From positions 1 through 44,012 of IMG/VR virus record IMGVR_UViG_3300049217_000078: a stretch of 44,012 nt of DNA; one strand, 5' to 3'. Below are positions 34,421 to 42,367 of the stretch, piece after piece (position 1 is the stretch's first letter; the number at the start of each line of letters is the position of its first letter). Source of the stretch: a virus. The notes under the pieces were generated by a model that was not told the DNA's origin, searched no databases, and saw only the letters and a program-made list of their open reading frames with translations. The position numbers were made by a program, and so were the translations under genes.

Positions 34421-34716
34421 AATTAAATAGAAAACGTAAATTAAAATTAGAAATAGGACAAATTTGGGAAGCCATAGACTTAGATGATTCTGGAAATGAA
34501 GGCTATTATTGGAGAGTAAAAATAATACATAAAACAATTGTAAATAACGAAAATAGATGGATATCTTTAAAAATATATAACAATTTTGAAGAATTAAATT
34601 GGGGATCTTTTATAGTATTTAATGATTATGGTCATTGTATTTCCATAATGGAGGATTTAAATATGGATTTTTATTTAAATAAAAAATCATATATTACTAA
34701 AAAAGATAGAATATAG
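34417..34716 (+). CDS. Hypothetical protein (99 aa)
   Basis: ATGA overlap with the polymerase stop. Its TAG stop is the first 3 nt of the 33-bp repeat. Confidence 0.5.
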   Translation: MKLNRKRKLKLEIGQIWEAIDLDDSGNEGYYWRVKIIHKTIVNNENRWISLKIYNNFEELNWGSFIVFNDYGHCISIMEDLNMDFYLNKKSYITKKDRI

Positions 34717-34746
34717 TTGACAATCTATAGAATACGATCTATAGTA
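34714..34746 (+). promoter_or_regulatory. 33-bp repeat copy B: TAG stop + TTGACA-N17-TATAGT promoter with two ATCTATAG(A) boxes, pointing rightward
   Basis: tagTTGACAatctatagaatacgatcTATAGTa. -35 at 34717-34722 and -10 at 34740-34745. Exact inverted copy of 19531-19563. Confidence 0.7.
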
Positions 34747-34783
34747 ATCATGTAACTTAACACTAACCATGGAGACGGAACTC

Positions 34784-34921
34784 ATGAACGGGATATTTGA
34801 AGTGTTTTTAGTAACAGCGTTGCTGGCAGTATGTGTATATTCAATGTGGCTATCACATGAAAGCACAATTGCTATGCAGCAAATGATGCAACAAATTCAA
34901 ATGATGTTTGTTAAAAGTTAA
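34784..34921 (+). CDS. Small membrane protein (45 aa)
   Basis: Not in the ORF track. GGAGACGG Shine-Dalgarno. Translation: MNGIFEVFLVTALLAVCVYSMWLSHESTIAMQQMMQQIQMMFVKS. Confidence 0.5.
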   Translation: MNGIFEVFLVTALLAVCVYSMWLSHESTIAMQQMMQQIQMMFVKS

Positions 34922-35098
34922 TAAACAGTTTATGGGGTGCGCTTTTAGGTAACAAAAAGCAGACTTTTATCAACCGACCTGACTAATCTATCGCTAGTAG
35001 GGTTGATGGGCGGCGATGCACCCCACCAATTTAATAAGGTATGTTAGAAATACTAGGCAACATCTATGAAAATCCTGAATCACTGGAGAACAACTAAA

Positions 35099-35410
35099 AT
35101 GTTAATACGTGAAATTACATACGGTTTAACCGCGGCAACCGCAATCTGCTTTATAGCTTGGGATTTTTGTATAAATCACAATTCTCCGTCTTTAAAACAG
35201 GCGGAGGTAAATAAACAAATAGCGATTATAAAAGCTGAAGAAATAGAAGCTATTAGCAGAATAGTTTCTTATGATTTGTATCTTAAATCTATATGGATAG
35301 AAGCCATAAAAGATTCAGAAAAACAAATAATTTACGTGCCTACGGAGGACAGTACCCCAAATATGTCTACTAAAGGTATATGGGATCTAATTAAAGGGGT
35401 TATAAAATAA
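35099..35410 (+). CDS. Membrane protein (103 aa from MLIREITYG)
   Basis: A GGAGAA Shine-Dalgarno precedes the ATG at 35099. Has an N-terminal transmembrane segment, LTAATAICFIAWDFCI. Confidence 0.55.
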   Translation: MLIREITYGLTAATAICFIAWDFCINHNSPSLKQAEVNKQIAIIKAEEIEAISRIVSYDLYLKSIWIEAIKDSEKQIIYVPTEDSTPNMSTKGIWDLIKGVIK

Positions 35411-35411
35411 T

Positions 35412-35441
35412 AAAAAAGACCGTCTTGGCTGCAAGACGGTT
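35412..35441. terminator. Bidirectional rho-independent terminator between convergent genes
   Basis: AAAAAA-g-ACCGTCTTG-GCTG-CAAGACGGT. This is a 9-bp perfect stem. The U-tract is on the minus-strand transcript, and the hairpin lies directly after the plus-strand stop. Confidence 0.8.
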
Positions 35442-35474
35442 AACAAGGAATCCATATGATTTTTAATACTACAC

Positions 35475-35687
35475 TTAATCTGACCTATAAACACTCTTTA
35501 TTTTCATTCTTTTTTTATATTTTATACTTTCCAGGTCTAAATCGCTAAGACGGGATATCTCCATGTGAGCTCCATTTAAAAAAGAAATAGGCTCGTTAGG
35601 TAATAACTTCCACCGGGACCACCAAGAGAGTTTGTATTGAATGCCATAACCTCCGCCAACAAACTCAACTATCCTGTATTTTTTCAT
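35475..35687 (-). CDS. Hypothetical protein (70 aa), last gene of the leftward unit
   Basis: ORF followed by the terminator. Overlaps the RHH-like ORF by 23 nt. Confidence 0.5.
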   Translation of the reverse strand: MKKYRIVEFVGGGYGIQYKLSWWSRWKLLPNEPISFLNGAHMEISRLSDLDLESIKYKKRMKIKSVYRSD

Positions 35688-35811
35688 TATTTTTAATATA
35701 CTCTGCTATTAAGTCATTGAGAACTTCTGTCATTGTTTTTTGTTTTTCTACGCAAATTGTTTTAAATTTAATAAACGTATTTTTATCTATTATAAAGTTT
35801 ATTTTTTGCAT
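35665..35811 (-). CDS. Ribbon-helix-helix (CopG/Arc-like) candidate (48 aa)
   Basis: Not in the ORF track. MQKINFIIDKNTFIKFKTICVEKQKTMTEVLNDLIAEYIKNNEKIQDS has a beta-strand then two-helix pattern. It has no obvious Shine-Dalgarno, and a long hairpin sits 5 nt upstream. Confidence 0.4.
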   Translation of the reverse strand: MQKINFIIDKNTFIKFKTICVEKQKTMTEVLNDLIAEYIKNNEKIQDS

Positions 35812-35816
35812 TAAAT

Positions 35817-35864
35817 GAAGACCAGCATGTTATATTAGTAAAGTTTTTAAACATTCTGGTCTTC
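35817..35864. promoter_or_regulatory. Long hairpin (9 bp + 5 bp, 18-nt loop) immediately upstream of the RHH-like ORF
   Basis: GAAGACCAG-cATGTT...AACATt-CTGGTCTTC. Confidence 0.5.
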
Positions 35865-35976
35865 CCTCCGAACCGTTATCATTAATTACATAAATCATTA
35901 TATACTAATAAACCGGGTCTGGCAAGTCAGATCGATAAATATACTTAGGCTCGATTGAAAATAAATAAAAACTGTA

Positions 35977-35995
35977 TGAGTCTGTTATTCACTCA
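35977..35995 (-). terminator. Weak terminator candidate after the lysis cassette
   Basis: Minus strand: UGAGU-GAAUAACAG-ACUCA, then UACAGUUUUUAUUUAUUUU. The stem is short (5 bp). Confidence 0.3.
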
Positions 35996-36147
35996 GAATA
36001 TTTATTAGCAATAATATTTATCCCTTGTTGTAATTCTTTGATGCTTTTTTGAGCTTCATTAAGGGAATTAAGTTGTTGGTATTGGGTTCCTCCCAACAGT
36101 GCAATTACTGCGCTAAGTACAGAAATTAATATATTTTTCCAATTCAT
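35989..36147 (-). CDS. Small TM + coiled-coil protein (52 aa), spanin or lysis accessory candidate
   Basis: Not in the ORF track. ATGA overlap with the holin-like gene. Translation: MNWKNILISVLSAVIALLGGTQYQQLNSLNEAQKSIKELQQGINIIANKYSE. Confidence 0.45.
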   Translation of the reverse strand: MNWKNILISVLSAVIALLGGTQYQQLNSLNEAQKSIKELQQGINIIANKYSE

Positions 36148-36389
36148 TTCTTTTCCTCCGTGTTATTAACTTTATCCGTTAGATGGAGTTTTATTCCAAA
36201 GCCTACCGCCATTGCGGTACAGCCGCTAGCAAACTCCACAGCGGTCCATCCATGACCCAGAAATGCATTATAAAAAGCAAGCATGTAGTAAATAGTAAAG
36301 CTCATGGCGCATATAATGCGGCCATTGTCAAAACTTTCGTTGTCACGGGCAGTTATACTGTCTTTAAATATTTTGAATAAAACATTCAT
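36144..36389 (-). CDS. Holin-like membrane protein (81 aa from MNVLF)
   Basis: ATGA overlap with the endolysin stop. Has two hydrophobic segments (IICAMSFTIYYMLAFYNAFL and FASGCTAMAVGFGI). Confidence 0.55.
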   Translation of the reverse strand: MNVLFKIFKDSITARDNESFDNGRIICAMSFTIYYMLAFYNAFLGHGWTAVEFASGCTAMAVGFGIKLHLTDKVNNTEEKK

Positions 36390-36883
36390 AGCATCGCCCT
36401 CTTTACCCAACCTTCCAAGTTTTTAAGTTGCTTTCGATTTATACTAACACGGTTTAGATAAAATTTCACCAACTCCAATTTTATATGGTCTGACACATGG
36501 CATTCAGGAAGCTTATTGAGCATATCTATTGTTTGACTTCCGAAAATACCGTCTTCCGAAATAGGGTTAGTAATACGATTAATTGCTTTTTGAACACAAG
36601 TTGCGGCTGAACTAGGGGAAAGGTTTACAAAAAGTAAAAGTAATTGTGTGGATATAATGGGACTGCTAAGGGTATTTAGTTTATATTTTAACCAAAAATC
36701 ATTATAATAAATGTCAATTGCTTTATTTATTGTTAAATTTTTTATATCTAATTGTGGGTATGTTCTTTTTGTTATTCCAAAATTTGTTTCACCCCCCGGA
36801 TCATCAGGGTCATTGACGTATCCTCCTTCTTGTACTAAAAGGATGCCGACAGCTCTTTTAAAGTTTATATCTTGATAATCCAA
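36386..36883 (-). CDS. Endolysin, GH108-type N-terminal domain
   Basis: VQEGGYVNDPDDPGGETNFGITKRTYP matches the GH108 signature (EGGYvndp.DpGG.TnyGI). Confidence 0.8.
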   Translation of the reverse strand: MDYQDINFKRAVGILLVQEGGYVNDPDDPGGETNFGITKRTYPQLDIKNLTINKAIDIYYNDFWLKYKLNTLSSPIISTQLLLLFVNLSPSSAATCVQKAINRITNPISEDGIFGSQTIDMLNKLPECHVSDHIKLELVKFYLNRVSINRKQLKNLEGWVKRAML

Positions 36884-37722
36884 TTCATCACCAATGAAGG
36901 TTGAATATTATCGTGAGGTTGACCTGCACCACCATTAATTGCCCCCGTGTTAGTAGTACCGCCGGTATTAAATACATAGGGACGCCCGGAACCTCCTCCT
37001 ACAGCAATTTGTCTTAATGAAAATCCGGGCACTGTGGGGTGATTGTGATCTCCGTTTTGACTGCCCGTTAAAGCTATTGTTTCCGCACCGCCGATACTTC
37101 CGGGAGTATTTCCGAGAGTTCCGCTTCCAGTTCCACCAGCCCCTACAATAACCCGACGGGCCATAAATGGTAAATTAAATGTGGTAGAACCATCGCCAGC
37201 TCCGTATATTGTTCCAATTACTGCAAATAGTGCGGCATATGTTGACCGCAACACGGCAGAACCATCACAGAATAAATACCCGGACGGAAGCGTGGTACCT
37301 GCAAAAGCCGACACAACCCCCGTAGGCACTGGATTGCCGCTGACGATTTGCCACGAAGGATCAGTAGGGAGCGCCGTATTACCTTGCACTTGATTTTCAT
37401 ATATTTTAAAACCAGTGCCATCGTCATATCTAACATATGCATATAAATCATATGGGAAAGCCGTTCCTAAATTATCAGAAGTTGTAATAAAGTCGGGGAT
37501 ACCATGAGTTTGGTACTGATTTATAGCATCAGTGATATCGTAATAAAGTTGGTTAGTTTGGTCCCTAGGAATTGGTAACGCCGCAGGATCAGTGGATAAA
37601 TCTAACCCGTAGTCTGGCCCCCACCCTTGATTGTAACTTACAGAACCACTACCTTGTAAGGGGTCTGGTATGGCAGTTTTATCGCCAGACACAGCAAATG
37701 GGTACACGAAGAATTTAGCCAT
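36865..37722 (-). CDS. Short tail fibre or receptor-binding protein with a phage tail collar domain
   Basis: LPSGYLFCDGSAVLRSTYAALFAVIGTIYGAGDGSTTFNLPFMARR is a tail collar motif. Last gene of the baseplate block. Confidence 0.75.
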   Translation of the reverse strand: MAKFFVYPFAVSGDKTAIPDPLQGSGSVSYNQGWGPDYGLDLSTDPAALPIPRDQTNQLYYDITDAINQYQTHGIPDFITTSDNLGTAFPYDLYAYVRYDDGTGFKIYENQVQGNTALPTDPSWQIVSGNPVPTGVVSAFAGTTLPSGYLFCDGSAVLRSTYAALFAVIGTIYGAGDGSTTFNLPFMARRVIVGAGGTGSGTLGNTPGSIGGAETIALTGSQNGDHNHPTVPGFSLRQIAVGGGSGRPYVFNTGGTTNTGAINGGAGQPHDNIQPSLVMNWIIKI

Positions 37723-37736
37723 TTTATAATCCTTTT

Positions 37737-38339
37737 TTACAATATAACATAATTAACATTCACACCTGCCGGTTTTGGTAATAGATTATACCCAGCTATA
37801 ACATTTAGAAGAACAGGATTAATGGGAAAATTGAATTGATAAGTTATCGTCATGTCGAAATTATCAATCATCCATGCGCCTCCCGAACTACCGAAAATAT
37901 AATTCAAAAACTGATTGACTTCAGTGACCGCGCCTCGGCTAACTAATTGGTAATATTTTAATTGTAAAGCGGTGCGTTGTTCATCTTCTGTTAAAGTGGG
38001 AACCACTAAAGCTCCAGCTAAATTACCATGCTCAAAATTCAAGTTATTACTAACCGGTGGAATCACGTCAAATCCCCACACCGGAGGATCAACAGGTGCT
38101 TCACCTACTGGAACAAATAAAGGCAAATTTAATAGGATGGACCAAACTGTAAGTCCGAAAAGATTTGCAGTAGCTAAATTAAAAACATTGCTTTCCCAAG
38201 CTTCCCAAAATATTGTTCCATAGAGCGCCGTCCAAATATTTTTATTTAAAATCAATTGTTGGATATTAGAAGAATTCTCGTATTGCCAAATCAGTACTTC
38301 AAAAATGTTTATGTTGTAATTAAAATTTTCTATCTTCAT
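37737..38339 (-). CDS. Baseplate wedge / fibre-attachment protein (DUF2612-like candidate)
   Basis: 200 aa, directly after the baseplate J-like gene. Contains LIWQYENSSNIQQLI. Confidence 0.45.
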   Translation of the reverse strand: MKIENFNYNINIFEVLIWQYENSSNIQQLILNKNIWTALYGTIFWEAWESNVFNLATANLFGLTVWSILLNLPLFVPVGEAPVDPPVWGFDVIPPVSNNLNFEHGNLAGALVVPTLTEDEQRTALQLKYYQLVSRGAVTEVNQFLNYIFGSSGGAWMIDNFDMTITYQFNFPINPVLLNVIAGYNLLPKPAGVNVNYVIL

Positions 38340-39556
38340 ACGATGATCACCGTTATGTCACTTACTGCAATAGTTGCAATTTGAAATATGGTTATCGGCA
38401 ATGTGTTAGTAGAAAATGTTACGGGGGATTGCAAAGATACTTCAACTAAAGTAACAAAAATTGAACGATTGTAAAAATTTATTGCTCCAGCAATTTCAAA
38501 CGGAGAAACGCTGGTTCCCACCGTAAATCCCGTTTCACCTGGAATTAATCCAGCGGCGTAATTCAAAATAGCATTTTGAACCAAAGTTTGGGGGTCAGAA
38601 AGAGTATCTATTACTTTTATCGTAACTTGAATTTTTACAGGAATTGGCGTCGGTCTATCAAATAATATGTTCATAACTTGACCGCTAAAAGGCTCAGTAT
38701 AACTGACTGATACAGGAATCCCAGCGCCATTCGTATATTGACACCCTCCATTTTTCTTAGCAACCAGCGTGGCCGCAATGTCACTATCTGCACCACCATT
38801 AACACACAAATAAACGGAATTGGGTAACATCGTAACACCGTCTATTGTTTGTGTCGACGGAAGTACATTTTCTCTAAAAGTTGCACTCGTAACATTGGCG
38901 ACTGCATACACGCCGGATAGTATTGACTTGGCTAGACCTTCCCCTTGTATCGCCAAAGTGTTTTTTCTGTAAGCTCGAAGAGAGTCATCGGTTTGTGTAT
39001 CGGTTCCGATATTCGCAGCGGCGGCATTCGTGACAGTCTCCCACCCTAAAACTACGCTGATTATTTGGGTAAGGGTTCCCGGGCTGACTGCAATCGGCCC
39101 AGGATTAAGCGCTTGAAAAACAACATCAATGGAACCCGTGGTCGGAATTGTAACAGAAGAAACGGTTTGAAATATTTGTTGCCCTACAGTTTCTTGGGCT
39201 TGGGAACCAGCTGGGACAATTGTGCCACCTACTCCAGTTAAAGACCCCACTACAGTACTAAAAGAAGCTACCGTTCTTTGTATCCCGGTAAGAGCGCATA
39301 TGGCGTCTAAAAATACACCGCCGGCTAGATTAGGATTAATTTGATTTGCCAAAGTAGCATTATTAACGGCTATGCCATCCCTAGCTTGAGTTTCAGCCGA
39401 TATCAAAATCCCTTGTGGGGTGTTAGGAGTGACTATTAAATCCTGGCCAAATTGGTCTTGGTATTCATTTATTACTTGCTGATTGATAACTTCCGTATCA
39501 GGAATAATTACGCCGTCTGGTATAACATACTGATAAACATTATTAGAGAACGCCAT
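38336..39556 (-). CDS. Baseplate J-like protein
   Basis: 406 aa. Contains LDAICALTGIQRTVASFSTVVGSLTGVGGTIVPAGSQA. Position and size fit. Confidence 0.7.
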   Translation of the reverse strand: MAFSNNVYQYVIPDGVIIPDTEVINQQVINEYQDQFGQDLIVTPNTPQGILISAETQARDGIAVNNATLANQINPNLAGGVFLDAICALTGIQRTVASFSTVVGSLTGVGGTIVPAGSQAQETVGQQIFQTVSSVTIPTTGSIDVVFQALNPGPIAVSPGTLTQIISVVLGWETVTNAAAANIGTDTQTDDSLRAYRKNTLAIQGEGLAKSILSGVYAVANVTSATFRENVLPSTQTIDGVTMLPNSVYLCVNGGADSDIAATLVAKKNGGCQYTNGAGIPVSVSYTEPFSGQVMNILFDRPTPIPVKIQVTIKVIDTLSDPQTLVQNAILNYAAGLIPGETGFTVGTSVSPFEIAGAINFYNRSIFVTLVEVSLQSPVTFSTNTLPITIFQIATIAVSDITVIIV

Positions 39557-39899
39557 TAACTACTCCTACCCCGTAAATTGTTCGAATCGTCACTGTGTAT
39601 GTTAATGTATTATCCGACAAATCAGCTAAAAAAGATACAATTTCCAGCACCCCATCGACTTCAGCAAGTGTTGCTCTTAGGGCAGCTTCATACTGCTGGA
39701 TGTTAGGAACACCTACCCAAATCAATTGAAAATTTGGCAATCCCTGGTTAGTGGCGAAAATCATCTCTCCTAGTAGAGTTTTTGATGCATGGGCGCAAGC
39801 TTGCAAAGTCCCTTGCAAATCAAAAACAATCGCTAAGTTGCCATCTTTGCCTAAATATATGTCATTATTTGAATTAACTGCAAAACATTGGGCTGTCAT
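39543..39899 (-). CDS. Small baseplate protein (gp25/W-like slot)
   Basis: 118 aa, between the spike and J-like genes. Confidence 0.45.
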   Translation of the reverse strand: MTAQCFAVNSNNDIYLGKDGNLAIVFDLQGTLQACAHASKTLLGEMIFATNQGLPNFQLIWVGVPNIQQYEAALRATLAEVDGVLEIVSFLADLSDNTLTYTVTIRTIYGVGVVNGVL

Positions 39900-39910
39900 A
39901 TTTTTTTATC

Positions 39911-40681
39911 CTAGGGTGGCGGAGGTGCAGGTATTCCATTATTAAAGGATGTAAGAGCATCTCCCAGGCCATTAACATAAATATTCCCGCCAAAATACCC
40001 AGCATAAATAGTAGTTGCTATTCCGGTACAACTAAAGCCGGCTTGCATTCTGGTCAATCCTTGGACTACTAATTCGCCTGTGACCATAATGGTAGGGGAA
40101 TCGAGTGTTATGGTATTTACAGAAGTGATAGTAACGCCTGTTGAAGCGACCGTCACAGAATTATTAGGAGCAGTTAAAGTAACAGAAGTAGGAGAAAGTG
40201 AAACCCTTACGGTACCCTCTAAATTCTGAAGCACGGCATTACCGTCTTGACCTGTTGTCGTGTAATTAGCCAGCACTGAAGGAATGAACACGGCGTCTGA
40301 GAAGCTTTTGACACGCATGGTGTTTGGGGGTGATTCCGAGTAACTTTGTAAAAACAAACTTATATCTCTATCATTTGCAATTACAAAACCTAAATCTCCT
40401 ACAGTTAAAGGAAAATTTAAAATGTACCCGCCGCCGCCAAAATTTATTACAGGGATATTTGCGATTTGAGCACGGCTCACTTGGGCTCCGGAGGTGGACA
40501 CCATCGCAATCATTAACTCAACCTGTACTCGATTAGCTGTCCTATCGTACGCTAGAACGCGAGCGGGTAGCATACCATCTACATTGCGCATTAATTGGCT
40601 AAAAGCAAAACGTAAAACACCGGCAAGCGTGTCATTATCCGCGGGATTAATATTCGGATTGTTGCCTATGCTATCTGTCAT
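39911..40681 (-). CDS. Baseplate central spike (Gp138/Mu gp45-like N-domain plus beta-helix)
   Basis: Contains LPARVLAYDRTANRVQVELMI...IPVINFGGGGYILNFPLTVGDLGFVIANDRDIS, followed by the repetitive stretch VTLTAPNNSVTVASTGVTITSVNTITL. Confidence 0.7.
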   Translation of the reverse strand: MTDSIGNNPNINPADNDTLAGVLRFAFSQLMRNVDGMLPARVLAYDRTANRVQVELMIAMVSTSGAQVSRAQIANIPVINFGGGGYILNFPLTVGDLGFVIANDRDISLFLQSYSESPPNTMRVKSFSDAVFIPSVLANYTTTGQDGNAVLQNLEGTVRVSLSPTSVTLTAPNNSVTVASTGVTITSVNTITLDSPTIMVTGELVVQGLTRMQAGFSCTGIATTIYAGYFGGNIYVNGLGDALTSFNNGIPAPPPP

Positions 40682-41502
40682 GATCTACGTGCCGCCTCCG
40701 CAATGTAATAAAACGGTGTATCCCGATTTGCAATTTCAAACCCTAGTTTATATATAACATAACTCCCATTTACGGCAGGATAAATATCGCTAACAATATT
40801 TAGGCCGCCCCCTAATCTAGAAATATTATCCAATAGATATTTTACTCGAATTCCCTGTTCTGTTATTTCAGGTATTCCGATCATGCCGTTTGCGGCAGTT
40901 AAATCTCTAGCAGCACCAACTATTGGAACTCCTTGATTTTTAACTACCAGTATATCATCATCTATAAAGGCAACGGTACCCGCTGCGCCTAATAAAGCCA
41001 CTTGATCTAAAGAAGAGCCATTGAAAGTATAATTGCTTATATTTTTATTAGTGGCCTGGAAATTTAAAATAGTGTTAGTATCCTGCGCAATCCCTGCGGC
41101 TATCTCAGATAAACTAGCGATACCGGGTCTATTTCTAGCTAGAACAGTTCCTTTAGTGTAATTACCTGTCAGACACTTTAAAGTAATAGTCACGTCGGGT
41201 GGTTGGGAAACGATTGTACTGATAATATTACCGCTGTAAATAAGAGTAGTACCATAAGATTTTCTCCCAGCATAAAGCTTAAGGACTTTGGCCGTCCGGT
41301 TAGGATTGAACGGAGAAGTTTCGGTTAAAATATAATCTTGGGTAACTTTATCTAGATTGGTTATGGTTATTTGAGCTTCATTTTGTAATGGATTTGCGTA
41401 TTTCGTCCCTACTGCTTTTATATAAATTTCATCGTAGGTATTTATTTTACCGTTAACTTCAATCGATACTTGTACTACTCTGGGGTCTAGTTGATTCGTC
41501 AT
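40678..41502 (-). CDS. Baseplate hub or tail protein
   Basis: 274 aa. Assigned by position upstream of the spike gene. Confidence 0.45.
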   Translation of the reverse strand: MTNQLDPRVVQVSIEVNGKINTYDEIYIKAVGTKYANPLQNEAQITITNLDKVTQDYILTETSPFNPNRTAKVLKLYAGRKSYGTTLIYSGNIISTIVSQPPDVTITLKCLTGNYTKGTVLARNRPGIASLSEIAAGIAQDTNTILNFQATNKNISNYTFNGSSLDQVALLGAAGTVAFIDDDILVVKNQGVPIVGAARDLTAANGMIGIPEITEQGIRVKYLLDNISRLGGGLNIVSDIYPAVNGSYVIYKLGFEIANRDTPFYYIAEAARRS

Positions 41503-41819
41503 AGAGTCCCTGTTGTTCTAACAGTAACAAGTTCGGCTTGAGATAAATAAAACAATTGTTGAGTTACATTGAATTGTTCAAAATATGGGTAGTCCCCATT
41601 CTCAGTGTTAAAAAAGAAATTACCATTTTCTAAGTATTCATATGGAATTATCGGGACATATGGTAATACTCTAATCCCCATAATTACAGGTATATTATTT
41701 CGTATAATGTCTATGGCCATCACATTGGTAGTAATGTATAAAGATATATCGTATTGGTTTCCGTCCAAAGTTATGGAAAAAGACTGGTTTGGGACTGCAC
41801 TTATAGGCACTAAAATCAT
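41499..41819 (-). CDS. Small tail or baseplate protein
   Basis: 106 aa with ATGA overlaps on both sides. Confidence 0.4.
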   Translation of the reverse strand: MILVPISAVPNQSFSITLDGNQYDISLYITTNVMAIDIIRNNIPVIMGIRVLPYVPIIPYEYLENGNFFFNTENGDYPYFEQFNVTQQLFYLSQAELVTVRTTGTL

Positions 41820-42367
41820 GAGATTACCTTTAAATACTTAAACAATGATGCAAACAAAGACTCATTAGCCGCATTTCCCGCAACATTCATTGCTTGCTGT
41901 GCACCTCGATTAACTTCACTACTTTGATTAACATTTTTTGGAGAATAATCGACTTTTGTGGTAGCAAATTGAGCTTGTTTTAACGTTAAAGCCAGGGCTA
42001 AAGCATCATATTGGTCTGGGTTTTCTTCATGTGGCATGGATGAAATTAACTGATTGTAGTATACGCCAGATTTGGTTTGCACGATTAATAGCGTTGCGCT
42101 TAAATAAAATTGTCGTATTTGTCTATAAGTATCTTGATATGAGCTAGGCGGTAAAATAAAAGACAATTCTATTTCAACAGGTAATATTATTCGATGGTCA
42201 GTGATAGTTGCTCCCGTTTCTAGAGGGTGCTCCATGACTTTGGCTTCTTCTTTAACCACGGCTTTTATTGCGCGAGCTAAAGGAAATACCTGATTAAAAT
42301 TCTGGTCAAGCACCTGAACTTGATCATATGCGGCGCTAGGTAATAATGTTTCTAAAATATTCGGCAT
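41816..42367 (-). CDS. Tail protein following the tape measure gene
   Basis: 183 aa. Assigned by position. Confidence 0.4.
   Translation of the reverse strand: MPNILETLLPSAAYDQVQVLDQNFNQVFPLARAIKAVVKEEAKVMEHPLETGATITDHRIILPVEIELSFILPPSSYQDTYRQIRQFYLSATLLIVQTKSGVYYNQLISSMPHEENPDQYDALALALTLKQAQFATTKVDYSPKNVNQSSEVNRGAQQAMNVAGNAANESLFASLFKYLKVIS

Noticed and set aside
19531-34746. 33-bp inverted repeats as ends of a transposon or as sites for inversion of the 15-kb replication segment
   Set aside because: No transposase, invertase or integrase is visible anywhere, and there are no flanking target-site duplications. Each repeat has perfect -35/-10 promoter geometry and starts exactly at a stop codon. 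Co-regulated promoters explain it better.
34934-35028. Possible tRNA gene (7-bp acceptor-like stem, D-arm-like UUUU/AAAA hairpin, 3-prime ACCA)
   Set aside because: Position 8 is G rather than U. CAGAC at positions 27-31 has no complementary strand at 39-43. No GTTCRANYC T-loop or T-stem precedes the 3-prime acceptor strand. It is not a canonical tRNA or tmRNA and is kept only as a generic structured element.
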